From Deferribacterales bacterium (lineage in GTDB: Bacteria; Chrysiogenota; Deferribacteres; Deferribacterales; Geovibrionaceae): DNA of 64,000 nucleotides. The DNA lies in the NCBI GenBank assembly GCA_050251945.1, contig JBFWLW010000003.1:64001-128000 (forward strand), in the 5' to 3' direction. Both the position numbers and the translations under genes were made by a program. The notes below the pieces were generated by a model. It was not told the DNA's origin, made no database searches, and saw only the letters and a program-made list of their open reading frames with translations. This document shows, in pieces, positions 1 to 9,264 of this stretch. How positions within the stretch are numbered: the first letter of the stretch is position 1; each line of letters begins with the position of its first letter.

Positions 1-665
1 CTCGGCAGTTCCGTAACAAGCCTTCCGCACCTGTTCGCCATTACCGCAGGCACGCCAAGTACACGCGAATATAATGGAACAAGCCTTTTCAGCATATCGC
101 AAAAAACTCTTATATCTCTTTTGGTGAAAGGGAACTTCGCCTGACTGTATGCGGCGGCGCTTGGCTGCAGAACGATATCCACCCCATTGTCATAAAAATC
201 TTTCAGGCGGTCATAAAAAAGATTTTCGCCGCAAATGCCGATGCCGATACGACCTAAAGGCGTGTCTATTATGTGGGAGTTATCTTCATTTTTAAAAAGA
301 TATGCCTCAACAGAGATCGGCGGACTCTTCTTAACTGTTCCGGCGATGTTTCCGTCCGGCTGAAACAGGTAAAACTTATTAAAGATGTCGCATCCTGAAA
401 GTTCTATTATTGTCGTTCCGAGGTACACCCCGTACCTTTTTGCCATAGCTCCAAGTTTCGACACGGTTTCCCCGTTTTCCTTCTCTGCAAAATCCCATAT
501 CTTTTCCGTAAGGTTATAACCGGAGACCGCAAGTTCCGGAAAAAGTATCAGCTGTGCGCCACTTTCGGACGCCTTGACAGCAAAAGATTCCATCTTCGCA
601 AGATTACCGCTGACATCGCCGAAAACACTGTCCGTCTGAACAGCACAAACCTTTATCTGTTTCAT
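1..665 (-). CDS. Carbon-nitrogen hydrolase (nitrilase/amidase) family protein, 3' end outside window
   Basis: Not in the ORF track. Manual translation from the ATG at 665 (ATGA overlap with the upstream stop): MKQIKVCAVQTDSVFGDVSGNLAKM...LILFPELAVSGY...VKK...GRIGIGICGEN...VMANRCG. This shows the Glu-Lys-Cys triad motifs. Confidence 0.9.
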   Translation of the reverse strand, partial: MKQIKVCAVQTDSVFGDVSGNLAKMESFAVKASESGAQLILFPELAVSGYNLTEKIWDFAEKENGETVSKLGAMAKRYGVYLGTTIIELSGCDIFNKFYLFQPDGNIAGTVKKSPPISVEAYLFKNEDNSHIIDTPLGRIGIGICGENLFYDRLKDFYDNGVDIVLQPSAAAYSQAKFPFTKRDIRVFCDMLKRLVPLYSRVLGVPAVMANRCGRLVTELP

Positions 666-3130
666 ATTATCCTCTTAACTGTTCCGTTCCAGCCGTCAAC
701 GAACAGTATTTCGCCGCTCTTTATTATATCTGTAGCCCTTTTTATGTTCATAATCGCCGGAATACCGTATTCTCGAGCCACGATAGCGCCGTGGGAAATG
801 AATCCGCCCGTTTCAAGCACCAAAGCCGCTGCATCCACAAACAAAGGTGTCCATGAAGGGTCTGTGGACGGCGCAACAAGCACTCCGCCGCTCTTCATAG
901 AGCCGCCCTCTGCCGGATGGAGGATCACACACGCCTCGCCTGTGGCTCTGCCGCAGGAAACGCTCATCCCATTCATTTCACTGCCGTCTGTCTCTGTCTC
1001 AGGCACATCGTACCCGCCCTCAACATAAACATCATCCGTCTGTAGCGTTTTCTGGTATTCGTAAAGCGTCCGTCTGTCCGCTGTAAGATTTTTCACCCAC
1101 TCTCTGCCGCCATTTAAGAGGATATCCGACATCTCTTCAAACGTGAGAAACCAGACATCATCGGCATCCGCAAGAACGCCATCCGCCGCAAGTCTTCTGC
1201 CGGATTCGAGCACCACACGCCTCATAACAGCGCTGAAACGGGCAAATACCGACTTCGCCATCTCTCTGTTTGCGCCGTCTTCGCCAGCCTGTTTCACCAT
1301 CTTCTTTATGATACCGTGCAGATAAAAAGGCACTTTTTCCCTGACAATCGCCCATGCCTCTTCCGAATTATTCTTCATGGGTTTTGGCGGGTTCTTTGCA
1401 TACTGCTGAACCATGTCCATAATGAACGATGCGTCTTCTGAAAATCTGGGGTTATACATATCAACTTCATAAACCCCTCTGTGTCCGTAATCCCGGAGCA
1501 TCTCAGCGAATTTCTGATCGAACTCCGTGGTTTCAAATACCTCCGCCAGCTCTTTTATACGCTGACCGAACTCAGCCGAAGTGATTCCGCCCAGACCCGC
1601 CAGAAGCGCCGATGTGAGCTGAAGTCCCTGACCTTTGCAGAATTTCTCCAGCATCGGAACAAGTGTAACAAAAACAGAACCGCTGGATGTGAGAAGCACA
1701 GTAATTTCGTTGTGCTTTTCCAGCATCACGCCAATCTCCCATGCCGTATCCACAAGTTTCCGCTTAACCATTCCGCTGAAATCCAAGTTTATTAGTCTGT
1801 CCGCATCCGCAACCGCCGAGGCGAATATCTCTTTAGAATTCTTCCGAGCTTTTTTCAGTGTGTTATAAAATTTCAGATTCCTTTTGAAACGGAGTAATTT
1901 TTTACCGAAACCTTCGTTTACAGGCAGTTTTATCTGCCCGTGGTGTCCGCCTATGAAAATATTATACATTTCCGGCTTAAACCCGAACGAGTCATAGCAC
2001 TCCCACTGGAGCACCGACACGTCAAAGTATGCTCTGCCGTTGATAAGCTTTGTCTTTCGCGTACTTTTATCCGGCTTATATCCTGTACATTCAATCTGCG
2101 CGTTAAGTATCGTATCTATGCTGGTACTGCATGTGCTCCAGTTCATCGGCGTCTGCACCATAGGGAGCGAATCGCGAAGATTGGCGTTACTCCACATGGC
2201 AGGCTGTGCAGTAATCTCCGGATAGCTGTATCTGTTCATCGCCGTCACCGGACGCGTCTGCACTATGTAAAACCTGCCGACGGAAAGCACCCACTCTATA
2301 TCCTGATGGACTGCCGAACCGCCGATGCGGCTGAAAATCTTTGAAACGATGCCGGAAAGTTCCAGCACCTGTTCCCTGTTCAGCACAAAGCTGTCAGAGG
2401 CTGACTCTTCCGATACCGTCCCGCCATCAGGATTAAAAACCGTCCTGACACCTTTTGAACCTTTGATGAATTCCACATCTCTTCCGCCGGTAACGATGTA
2501 TTCGTCCGGCTCGCAAACGCCAGAAACAACTGATTCGCCCAGCCCGAAGTTGGCGGAGATTATCTGCCTGTCCTCTCTGCCCGTGACAGGGTCACAGGAA
2601 AAGACAACACCTGCCGCATCTGCCGCAACAGTCTTCATCACAACAACAGCGATACCTATGTCAAAATCGGAAAAACCCATTTTATCTCTGTAGGTCACTG
2701 CTCTTCTGCTCCAAACGGACGCATAGCACATTTTGACTGCTGAAAGCACGTTTTCAATACCGGAAACATTCAGAAATGAATCGTGTATGCCGGCAAACGA
2801 TGCTCCGGCGGAATCCTCTGCGCTGACAGACGACCTCACGGCAAGGCTGACCATGCCGCCTGTATATTTTTCAGATGCGGCGGCAAGCGTCTCTTTGAAA
2901 CTATCAGGAAAATCTCCTGCGGTTATAAGCTTCTGAGCCGTATCTCTGTCCATTTTATCCCGCAATCCGTTGTGGTCGATGAACATTTCATATGCAGCAG
3001 CGGATATGACAAATCCGTCCGGAATATCTATGCCATATCTGCGAAGTCTGCCCAGATTAAAGCCCTTACCACCCGAAAATTCCGCTCCGGCGGTATATGC
3101 CTCTTCATATGAAAGAATAAATTCAGACAT
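662..3130 (-). CDS. PEP-utilizing dikinase with rifampin-phosphotransferase-like architecture (ATP-grasp, central substrate domain, C-terminal phospho-His swivel)
   Basis: N-terminal GGKG..L, AVRSS..EDS..ASFAG and DIEW...Q.RP motifs; C-terminal TDPSWTPLF...ETGGFISHGAIVAREYGIPA. Confidence 0.85.
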   Translation of the reverse strand: MSEFILSYEEAYTAGAEFSGGKGFNLGRLRRYGIDIPDGFVISAAAYEMFIDHNGLRDKMDRDTAQKLITAGDFPDSFKETLAAASEKYTGGMVSLAVRSSVSAEDSAGASFAGIHDSFLNVSGIENVLSAVKMCYASVWSRRAVTYRDKMGFSDFDIGIAVVVMKTVAADAAGVVFSCDPVTGREDRQIISANFGLGESVVSGVCEPDEYIVTGGRDVEFIKGSKGVRTVFNPDGGTVSEESASDSFVLNREQVLELSGIVSKIFSRIGGSAVHQDIEWVLSVGRFYIVQTRPVTAMNRYSYPEITAQPAMWSNANLRDSLPMVQTPMNWSTCSTSIDTILNAQIECTGYKPDKSTRKTKLINGRAYFDVSVLQWECYDSFGFKPEMYNIFIGGHHGQIKLPVNEGFGKKLLRFKRNLKFYNTLKKARKNSKEIFASAVADADRLINLDFSGMVKRKLVDTAWEIGVMLEKHNEITVLLTSSGSVFVTLVPMLEKFCKGQGLQLTSALLAGLGGITSAEFGQRIKELAEVFETTEFDQKFAEMLRDYGHRGVYEVDMYNPRFSEDASFIMDMVQQYAKNPPKPMKNNSEEAWAIVREKVPFYLHGIIKKMVKQAGEDGANREMAKSVFARFSAVMRRVVLESGRRLAADGVLADADDVWFLTFEEMSDILLNGGREWVKNLTADRRTLYEYQKTLQTDDVYVEGGYDVPETETDGSEMNGMSVSCGRATGEACVILHPAEGGSMKSGGVLVAPSTDPSWTPLFVDAAALVLETGGFISHGAIVAREYGIPAIMNIKRATDIIKSGEILFVDGWNGTVKRII

Positions 3131-3716
3131 CCGACGCCCCCGAAAGAAACAGCTCTATCATCCTGTCCAGCTCTGCGTAAAGGTCGTCACCATCGTTTTT
3201 CAGCCAGCGCATGATGACGTTACGATAGAACGATTCCATATAGTCCACCAGCTCCTCTGAGCTGAAATCGCCTCTCAGTTCGCCATTTTCTATCCCTGCC
3301 TGCATTACCTTCTGAAGGTTCTGATGAAACCCGCTGCGATTTTCAGGCTCCATGCTGCCGTTCGTAATGTTTTGAAGCCTGTATGAAAGATAGATGGCAA
3401 GAATGTCTTTGTGCGAAACCTGCCAGTCAGCAACCACATAATAAAGTTTTTTTAGTTTTTCCTTAACGGGCATTTCACCCACAGCAAGTTCTTCCACATG
3501 TGCCCGCATGTCAACAGAGCACTGACGGAAATATCCTGCAACAACCGCCTCTTTAACGGGAAAATAGTTATACAATGTGCCCTTTGCCACGTCCGCCGTG
3601 CTGGCTATCTGCTCCATTGACACACTGTCAAAGCCATACTCATAAATAAGCTTCATACCTACGCTGATTATGTGCCTTCTGGTCTCTTCTTTTTTTCTTT
3701 CGCGTCTTCCTTCCAT
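3123..3716 (-). CDS. TetR/AcrR family transcriptional regulator
   Basis: GFDSVSMEQIASTADVAKGTLYNYFPVKE helix-turn-helix. Confidence 0.95.
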   Translation of the reverse strand: MEGRRERKKEETRRHIISVGMKLIYEYGFDSVSMEQIASTADVAKGTLYNYFPVKEAVVAGYFRQCSVDMRAHVEELAVGEMPVKEKLKKLYYVVADWQVSHKDILAIYLSYRLQNITNGSMEPENRSGFHQNLQKVMQAGIENGELRGDFSSEELVDYMESFYRNVIMRWLKNDGDDLYAELDRMIELFLSGASDV

Positions 3717-3755
3717 TTTTATTCCTATACGATGAATAATTTTATACGACGTTCA

Positions 3756-3784
3756 ATATTATTATAATTCAGAACCTATGTCAA
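3756..3784 (-). promoter_or_regulatory. Sigma70-type promoter of the tetR operon
   Basis: Minus strand TTGACA-17nt-TAATAT. Confidence 0.65.
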
Positions 3785-3946
3785 TCATCTCTTTTCGGTG
3801 TTAAATAGTGCTATACATGTTTTAAGCTCTCCATACTTAACGTGCAGAATCAGCTACATTTGTCATAAATATCCGTATCTTTTAATGTATTGAGATTTTC
3901 AATGATTAATGTTAAGTTTAACGCAGTCAAATGAAGGAGGTTTTAT

Positions 3947-5287
3947 TTGGAACAGTTTGAGAACATCCTAAATATCATCGGAGGCTTTATCTGGGGCGTT
4001 CCGCTCCTTGTGCTTCTGGTTGGAACAGGCATCTACCTTACATTAAATCTTCGTTTTCTTCAGTTTACTAAACTTTTCTATGCTCTTTGGCTTGCACTTG
4101 TTAAACGTAAAGAGTACGACGACGAACCCGGCGACATCACGCACTTTCAGGCACTCATGACGGCAATGTCCGCAACTGTCGGCACAGGCAACATCGCAGG
4201 TGTTGCCACGGCGATAGCTTTGGGCGGTCCCGGCGCAATGTTCTGGATGTGGGTGACAGGTCTTGTGGGCATGGCGACAAAATACGCGGAAGCGGTTCTT
4301 GCCGTTAAATACCGCGAAGTTGACGAAAACGGCAATATGAGCGGCGGTCCCATGTATTACATTTCAAACGGTCTCGGCTGGAAATGGATGGGCGCGCTGT
4401 TCGCAGTGTTCGCTGTTGTAGCCTCTTTCGGGATAGGAAACATGGTTCAGGCAAACTCCGTTGCCGACGCTCTTCGCTCAACATTCAACGTCCCGACCTA
4501 TGCAACGGGTCTTGTGCTGATGGCATTCACCGCTCTGGTTGTCCTTGGCGGTATCAAATCCATCGGCAGGGTCACAAGTATTCTCGTACCTATCATGATA
4601 ATCTTTTATGTAATAAGCGCACTTATCATACTTGTTATGTTCGCGGACAAGATACCCGCGGCATTCGCACTTATTTTTGCAGAGGCGTTCACCCCCACGG
4701 CGGCATCAGGCGGCTTCGCTGGGGCAAGCGTTATGATGGCTATCCGTATGGGTGTTGCCAGAGGAGTGTTCTCCAACGAATCCGGTCTGGGCAGTGCGCC
4801 CATCGCGGCGGCGGCAGCTCAGACAAAGCACCCCGTTTCGCAGGCGCTGGTCTCCATGACTCAAACGTTCATCGACACACTGATAGTCTGTACAATGACA
4901 GGTCTTGTGCTTATCTGCACAGGCGCATGGGATATAGGCAAAAACGGAGCTGATCTTACAAACCACGCTTTCTCACTCGGATTTTCCGCGGGTCCGGTAG
5001 TGGTTGCCATAAGCCTTGCACTGTTCGCATATTCCACCATACTCGGCTGGTGCTATTACGGTGAAAAGTCCATGGAATATCTGTTCGGCGTGAAATCCAT
5101 TACACCTTACAGAATAATTTTCATCCTCTTCATCGGCGTCGGCGCCATGGCAAAACTGAACATCGTCTGGCTGCTTTCGGACATTTTCAACGGGCTGATG
5201 GCTCTGCCCAACCTTATAGGTCTTCTGGGTCTCTCTTCCGTTGTCTTTGCGGAAACGAAAGACTATTTTGCCAATTTAAAAAAATAA
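3947..5287 (+). CDS. alsT: Sodium:alanine/glycine symporter (AGCS family)
   Basis: [47 protein letters not shown] and [11 protein letters not shown] motifs; AAGGAGG RBS before the TTG start. Confidence 0.93.
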   Translation: MEQFENILNIIGGFIWGVPLLVLLVGTGIYLTLNLRFLQFTKLFYALWLALVKRKEYDDEPGDITHFQALMTAMSATVGTGNIAGVATAIALGGPGAMFWMWVTGLVGMATKYAEAVLAVKYREVDENGNMSGGPMYYISNGLGWKWMGALFAVFAVVASFGIGNMVQANSVADALRSTFNVPTYATGLVLMAFTALVVLGGIKSIGRVTSILVPIMIIFYVISALIILVMFADKIPAAFALIFAEAFTPTAASGGFAGASVMMAIRMGVARGVFSNESGLGSAPIAAAAAQTKHPVSQALVSMTQTFIDTLIVCTMTGLVLICTGAWDIGKNGADLTNHAFSLGFSAGPVVVAISLALFAYSTILGWCYYGEKSMEYLFGVKSITPYRIIFILFIGVGAMAKLNIVWLLSDIFNGLMALPNLIGLLGLSSVVFAETKDYFANLKK

Positions 5288-5302
5288 TTTACTGATAAAT
5301 AT

Positions 5303-5331
5303 GGCGGTCAGCCTTTCTGACCGCCTTTTTT
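5303..5331 (+). terminator. Rho-independent terminator
   Basis: GGCGGTCAG/CTGACCGCC stem followed by a T-tract. Confidence 0.85.
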
Positions 5332-5347
5332 CGTTCTAAATCATTAC

Positions 5348-5406
5348 TGATATTCAATTTCAGCTTAGAAAAAACGTTGACTTTTTGTGTTCGCAGTGCT
5401 TAACAT
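5348..5406 (+). promoter_or_regulatory. Fur-like box and putative promoter of the fez-like operon
   Basis: TGATATT-C-AATTTCA (5348-5362; 11/14 to the 7-1-7 consensus TGATAAT-N-ATTATCA); TTGACT (5377)-18nt-TAACAT (5401). Confidence 0.5.
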
Positions 5407-5478
5407 TGAATAAGCGTTCGGGTTGACACATTAACAAATCTGCTCCCTTTCGGGCTTAGGGCGCACAGGACGGTTAGT

Positions 5479-7626
5479 GTGTTAAAGATTGCTCATTCCG
5501 CCCCCGACAGGGTAAGGCTTAAATATCCCATTCTCAGACAAGAGCAAAGTCTTTGCTCATCCATAATCAGCGTCCTTTCATCGAAACAGGGCATATCATC
5601 AGTGCGGTGCAACAGAAAATGCGCAAGCCTTATCGTTGCGTACGATGCTTCTGTCCTCTCCGTTTCGGATATCGTCAACGCAGTTTCAGGCATAAAACCC
5701 GTTAAACTGGTACCGGCCGAATCCGTAAAGGCAGACTGTGCGTGTTCCGATGCGAAGGACGGGCTGGCTCTTCTCAACAAAAAAACCGAGTTTGCCGCGC
5801 TCACCGCGATGACAGGCGCTTCGTTCATTTCAAAGCGGTTGTTCGGACGCGTCCTTTCTCAGGCTGTGTTCAGCCCCATGTGGTTCTTTACGGCATTCTT
5901 CGCGGCACCCCTTGTTTACACCGCCGTATCGAAAACACTGAAAGACAAAAAGATCGGACTGGACGCGTTTCTCGGAGCCGGCGTCGGCGCGGCACTTCTG
6001 ACAGGCGAAACCATGACAGCCCTTGAAATCCTCTGGGTGAACAGCGGCGCGGAACTCATGCAGGAACACATCACCGAAAAATCCCGCGCATCCATAAAAA
6101 ATATTCTGGACGTGACCGCAAAAACAGCCTTCGTTCTTATCAACGGGCGGGAGCTTGAGGTTCCCGTGGAAAAGGTTGAACAGGGCGCAACGGTAATTGT
6201 CCGCACCGGAGAAAAGATATCGGTGGACGGTGAGATTATCCGCGGCGAGGCGATGGTGAACGAAGCTCCCATAAACGGGCGTCAGGAACTGATCCACAAA
6301 ATAAAATCCGAAGGGGTTTATGCCGGAACTTACGTTCAGGACGGACTCATATACATCCGCGCGGACAGAGTCGGCGACAGCACATATCTTGCGCGCATAC
6401 TGCAGGCGGTGGAAACATCACTGGAGAACAAAGCGCCTATTGAGCTTGAAGCGGATAAACTCGCCAAAAAACTGGTGGGACTTGGATTCATCATGACCGC
6501 CGGAACCTTCCTGCTGACACGCAGTCTGTCCAGAACACTTTCGGTCATGCTCGTTATGACCTGTCCCTGTGCGACTGCACTGGCGGCATCGTCCGCAGTG
6601 AGCGCATCCATAGGCAATGCGGCTTCCAAGGGAGTTCTCATCAAAGGCGGCCGCTATCTTGAGGACGCTGGCGAACAGGAATCATTCTGTTTTGACAAAA
6701 CTGGAACCATAACCACAGACATGCCTGAGGTCATAGACATCTATCCGCTGAAAGGCTGGTCGGAACAGGATCTTCTCATGAGGGCATACGCTGCGGAACT
6801 GCACAACCGTCACCCCATGGCGGCGGCAATACGCAAAAAGGCGGAACAGCTCTGTCTGGAAAAACCCGACCACGCGGTATGCGAAACCATTCTGGGCATG
6901 GGCGTTGCGGCGGACACCGCAGAAGGCACCGTGTGCGTGGGCAACAGAAAACTTATGGACAGGTTCAGCATAAAAACAGGCACAGTGAAAAAACGTGCCG
7001 AAAAATGGGCGGAAGAGGGCAAAAGCGTCCTTTATGTTGCGGAAGACAGCAGACTGCTGGGGATAATCTCCATCCGCACCAGAGACAAAGAGGGCGTTGC
7101 AGAAATGATACAGACACTGCGCAAAGACGGCGTAAAAAATCTCATAATGGTAACGGGCGACGAAAGGCAGTCTGCGGAACCGCTGGCACTGCGTCTGGGT
7201 TTTGACGAATGTCACTATTCCGTTCTGCCGCAGGACAAGGCGGACATCATCCGCAATATACAAAAGGATCACAAGGTCGCAATGATAGGCGACGGCATCA
7301 ACGACGTTCTGGCGCTGGCACAGTCAGATCTGGGCATCGCCATGGGCGTGGCAGGTTCCGACGTTGCCGTTGAAGCGGCAGACATAGCTCTGGTGGACGA
7401 CGATCTGAACAAGATAATCTTCCTGCGTCAGCTCAGTAAAAAAACAAAAACGATAATACATCAGAATTTTTCCCTGGCAACATCAACCAACATCGCAGGC
7501 GCCATCCTCGGCGCTGTGGGCATACTGAACCCGGTTATGGCGGGGCTTCTGCACATAGCCCACACAGGCGGCATTATGGCGAACTCATCCCGGCTTATGA
7601 ACTATGACGGAGAAACAAATGATTGA
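5479..7626 (+). CDS. P1B-type ATPase, second ATPase of a ferrosome-type cluster (FezH-like)
   Basis: TCPC, DKTGT, HP, VTGD and GDGIND motifs; C-terminal HIAHT; N-terminal HSAPDRVRLK HMA-like domain. Confidence 0.88.
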   Translation: MLKIAHSAPDRVRLKYPILRQEQSLCSSIISVLSSKQGISSVRCNRKCASLIVAYDASVLSVSDIVNAVSGIKPVKLVPAESVKADCACSDAKDGLALLNKKTEFAALTAMTGASFISKRLFGRVLSQAVFSPMWFFTAFFAAPLVYTAVSKTLKDKKIGLDAFLGAGVGAALLTGETMTALEILWVNSGAELMQEHITEKSRASIKNILDVTAKTAFVLINGRELEVPVEKVEQGATVIVRTGEKISVDGEIIRGEAMVNEAPINGRQELIHKIKSEGVYAGTYVQDGLIYIRADRVGDSTYLARILQAVETSLENKAPIELEADKLAKKLVGLGFIMTAGTFLLTRSLSRTLSVMLVMTCPCATALAASSAVSASIGNAASKGVLIKGGRYLEDAGEQESFCFDKTGTITTDMPEVIDIYPLKGWSEQDLLMRAYAAELHNRHPMAAAIRKKAEQLCLEKPDHAVCETILGMGVAADTAEGTVCVGNRKLMDRFSIKTGTVKKRAEKWAEEGKSVLYVAEDSRLLGIISIRTRDKEGVAEMIQTLRKDGVKNLIMVTGDERQSAEPLALRLGFDECHYSVLPQDKADIIRNIQKDHKVAMIGDGINDVLALAQSDLGIAMGVAGSDVAVEAADIALVDDDLNKIIFLRQLSKKTKTIIHQNFSLATSTNIAGAILGAVGILNPVMAGLLHIAHTGGIMANSSRLMNYDGETND

Positions 7627-7915
7627 GGAACTTCTTGCAGTAAAAAAATATGTCTCGGTGGTACATCACGTCGAAGGGCGAATCAGACTTAAGATCGACC
7701 CCGCAATTATGAAAGACCCGGTCAGCAAGAGACTGGAAGAGATAAGCGCGTCCATACCGGGCGTGCTGGATAAGCGTATCAACATGCTGGCGCGTTCCGT
7801 TGTTCTGCGGTACGACCCCGCGGTTATACATCCGGTGGACATGGCGGCGCTTTTCGGGACATCCGACAGCGAAAGTCTGGCAATACTTAAAAAGTACGAA
7901 GATTTTATAAGTTAA
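7604..7915 (+). CDS. HMA-like (Cys-less) small domain protein, fez-associated
   Basis: HHVEGRIRLK...IPGVLDKRINMLARSVVLRYDP, similar to the N-terminal domains of both ATPases. Confidence 0.8.
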   Translation: MTEKQMIEELLAVKKYVSVVHHVEGRIRLKIDPAIMKDPVSKRLEEISASIPGVLDKRINMLARSVVLRYDPAVIHPVDMAALFGTSDSESLAILKKYEDFIS

Positions 7916-8004
7916 TGAGATAGCTTCGTTGCTTACACTCCTCGCGAAGACCGTAATTTATCCGTCTCTGCGAGGAAGCGTTCAGGCTGACGCGGCAGTC
8001 TCAT
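7915..8004. repeat. REP-like inverted doublet forming a long hairpin
   Basis: ATGAGA...CCTCGCGAAGAC...GTCTCTGCGAGG...TCTCAT; same family as the copies near 13.5, 27.9, 35.7 and 52.8 kb. Confidence 0.75.
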
Positions 8005-8044
8005 CTCACTGATCAGAATCAAAAAAATATAAAAGGAGGGTTTT

Positions 8045-8620
8045 GTGGAAAACAAAGAAACAAACGAAACACAGTCCGGAAACCCTGAACAGGAAACGCC
8101 TGAACAGGCACAACAGGGCTTCGGACAGGAAGCTCAGGGACAGTATATGGGTGGACCGGAAATGCAGAACCCATATATGGCAGGTCCTCAGATGCAGCAG
8201 CCGTTCATGGGCAATCCATACATGTATAACCCGTATATGTATCCGCCCCCCGGTTATCCGCCGATGCAGGGCTATGCACCCTATCCGCCGTTCCCGCCGT
8301 ATATGCCGCCTTATCCGCCGCAATACGGTTTTCAGCCTGCACCGCCCCAGCCTCTCAATGAGGAACATTGCGGACACCATCAGCAGGAAGACCCGATGAA
8401 CGGCATAATGGGCATGTTCGGACAGATGATAGAGGGCAACCCCCAGCTTTCTGAGGTCAGCAGGATGGTTAACGCCACAGGCAGCGACTTCATCAAGGGT
8501 CTGGTGATGGGCGCAGGACTGGCGATGCTTTTAAGCAGTGAATCGGTGCGTTCGGCACTGAGCGATATTCTCGGCAAAACAGTAAGCATGTTCACAGAGG
8601 ATTCGGAGGAACAGATATGA
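8045..8620 (+). CDS. Pro/Tyr/Gln/Met-rich low-complexity protein with a C-terminal GxxxG membrane segment, fez-associated
   Basis: Strong AAAGGAGG RBS before GTG; YMGGPEMQNP-type repeats; HCGHH; FIKGLVMGAGLAMLL; ATGA overlap with the next gene. Confidence 0.85.
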   Translation: MENKETNETQSGNPEQETPEQAQQGFGQEAQGQYMGGPEMQNPYMAGPQMQQPFMGNPYMYNPYMYPPPGYPPMQGYAPYPPFPPYMPPYPPQYGFQPAPPQPLNEEHCGHHQQEDPMNGIMGMFGQMIEGNPQLSEVSRMVNATGSDFIKGLVMGAGLAMLLSSESVRSALSDILGKTVSMFTEDSEEQI

Positions 8621-8943
8621 GTAAACATATAGGATCATCAATCGGCAGGGCAACGGTATCCGGCGCTCTGGCAGGCGCGGTCATCGGCGGCGCGGTGTCT
8701 GCGGCAAAGCAGACGAAAGATTACAAAGCGGGCAGGATAACAAAAGAAGAAGCAGCAGAAAACGTGGTTAAAGAAGCTGCCGGAACAGGTATCGCCACAG
8801 CGGCGGGCGTTGCCGCGGCAAGCATGTTCGGCTTCGGGATATTCATGTCCCTCATAGCCTTCACCGCAGCGTCCGCAGGCGCGAAATATCTTTGGGATTC
8901 ATCAGTTAAACCGTCAAATACAGCAACAGTTAAGGAGAGCTAA
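8617..8943 (+). CDS. Small Gly/Ala-rich GxxxG membrane protein, fez-associated
   Basis: GALAGAVIGG and GTGIATAAG helices; operonic overlap. Confidence 0.8.
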   Translation: MSKHIGSSIGRATVSGALAGAVIGGAVSAAKQTKDYKAGRITKEEAAENVVKEAAGTGIATAAGVAAASMFGFGIFMSLIAFTAASAGAKYLWDSSVKPSNTATVKES

Positions 8944-8945
8944 TC

Positions 8946-9263
8946 ATGGAACAGCAAAAAGCACCCGAAGCAGGACAGGGACAACAGCAGCAGCATTACT
9001 ACGCACCCCAGTATGCACAGCAGGCATACTATCCCCAGCAGCACACAGCCGCAAGCCATCTTAAAGAGTGGTTCAACTTCCGCGAGCCGTCATATGTCAA
9101 AGGTTTTGTTATCGGCGCAGGCGTTGCACTTGTTCTCACAAACCCCGCAGTTAAAAAAGCCATCGTAAAAGGCGTTGTAAAACTCTGGGGCGGTCTGCAG
9201 GGCGGAGTTGAAGAGCTGAAAGAGCAGATAAGAGACGTTCAGGCGGAGATGGGCGGAGAGTAA
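8946..9263 (+). CDS. Small GxxxG membrane protein with Q/Y-rich N-terminus and coiled-coil tail (FezA-like)
   Basis: QQQQHYYAPQYAQQAYYPQQH, YVKGFVIGAGVALVL, GVEELKEQIRDVQAEM; AAGGAG RBS. Confidence 0.8.
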   Translation: MEQQKAPEAGQGQQQQHYYAPQYAQQAYYPQQHTAASHLKEWFNFREPSYVKGFVIGAGVALVLTNPAVKKAIVKGVVKLWGGLQGGVEELKEQIRDVQAEMGGE

Positions 9264-9264
9264 T

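Noticed and set aside
662..3130. Housekeeping PEP synthase (ppsA), or a confirmed rifampin-resistance gene
   Set aside because: The His-swivel domain is C-terminal and the PEP-binding barrel is absent, so it is not PpsA. Rifamycin specificity cannot be inferred from architecture alone.
8043..8399. Arg-rich 118-aa ORF (and antisense 8006-8380)
   Set aside because: Shadow frames of the Pro-rich gene 8045-8620, which carries the conserved GxxxG domain and overlaps the next gene.
8617..9263. Magnetosome island, since the small Gly-rich membrane proteins resemble Mam/Mms-type proteins
   Set aside because: No mamA/B/E/K/M/Q-like genes in the window; the DYSCA ATPase context fits ferrosomes.
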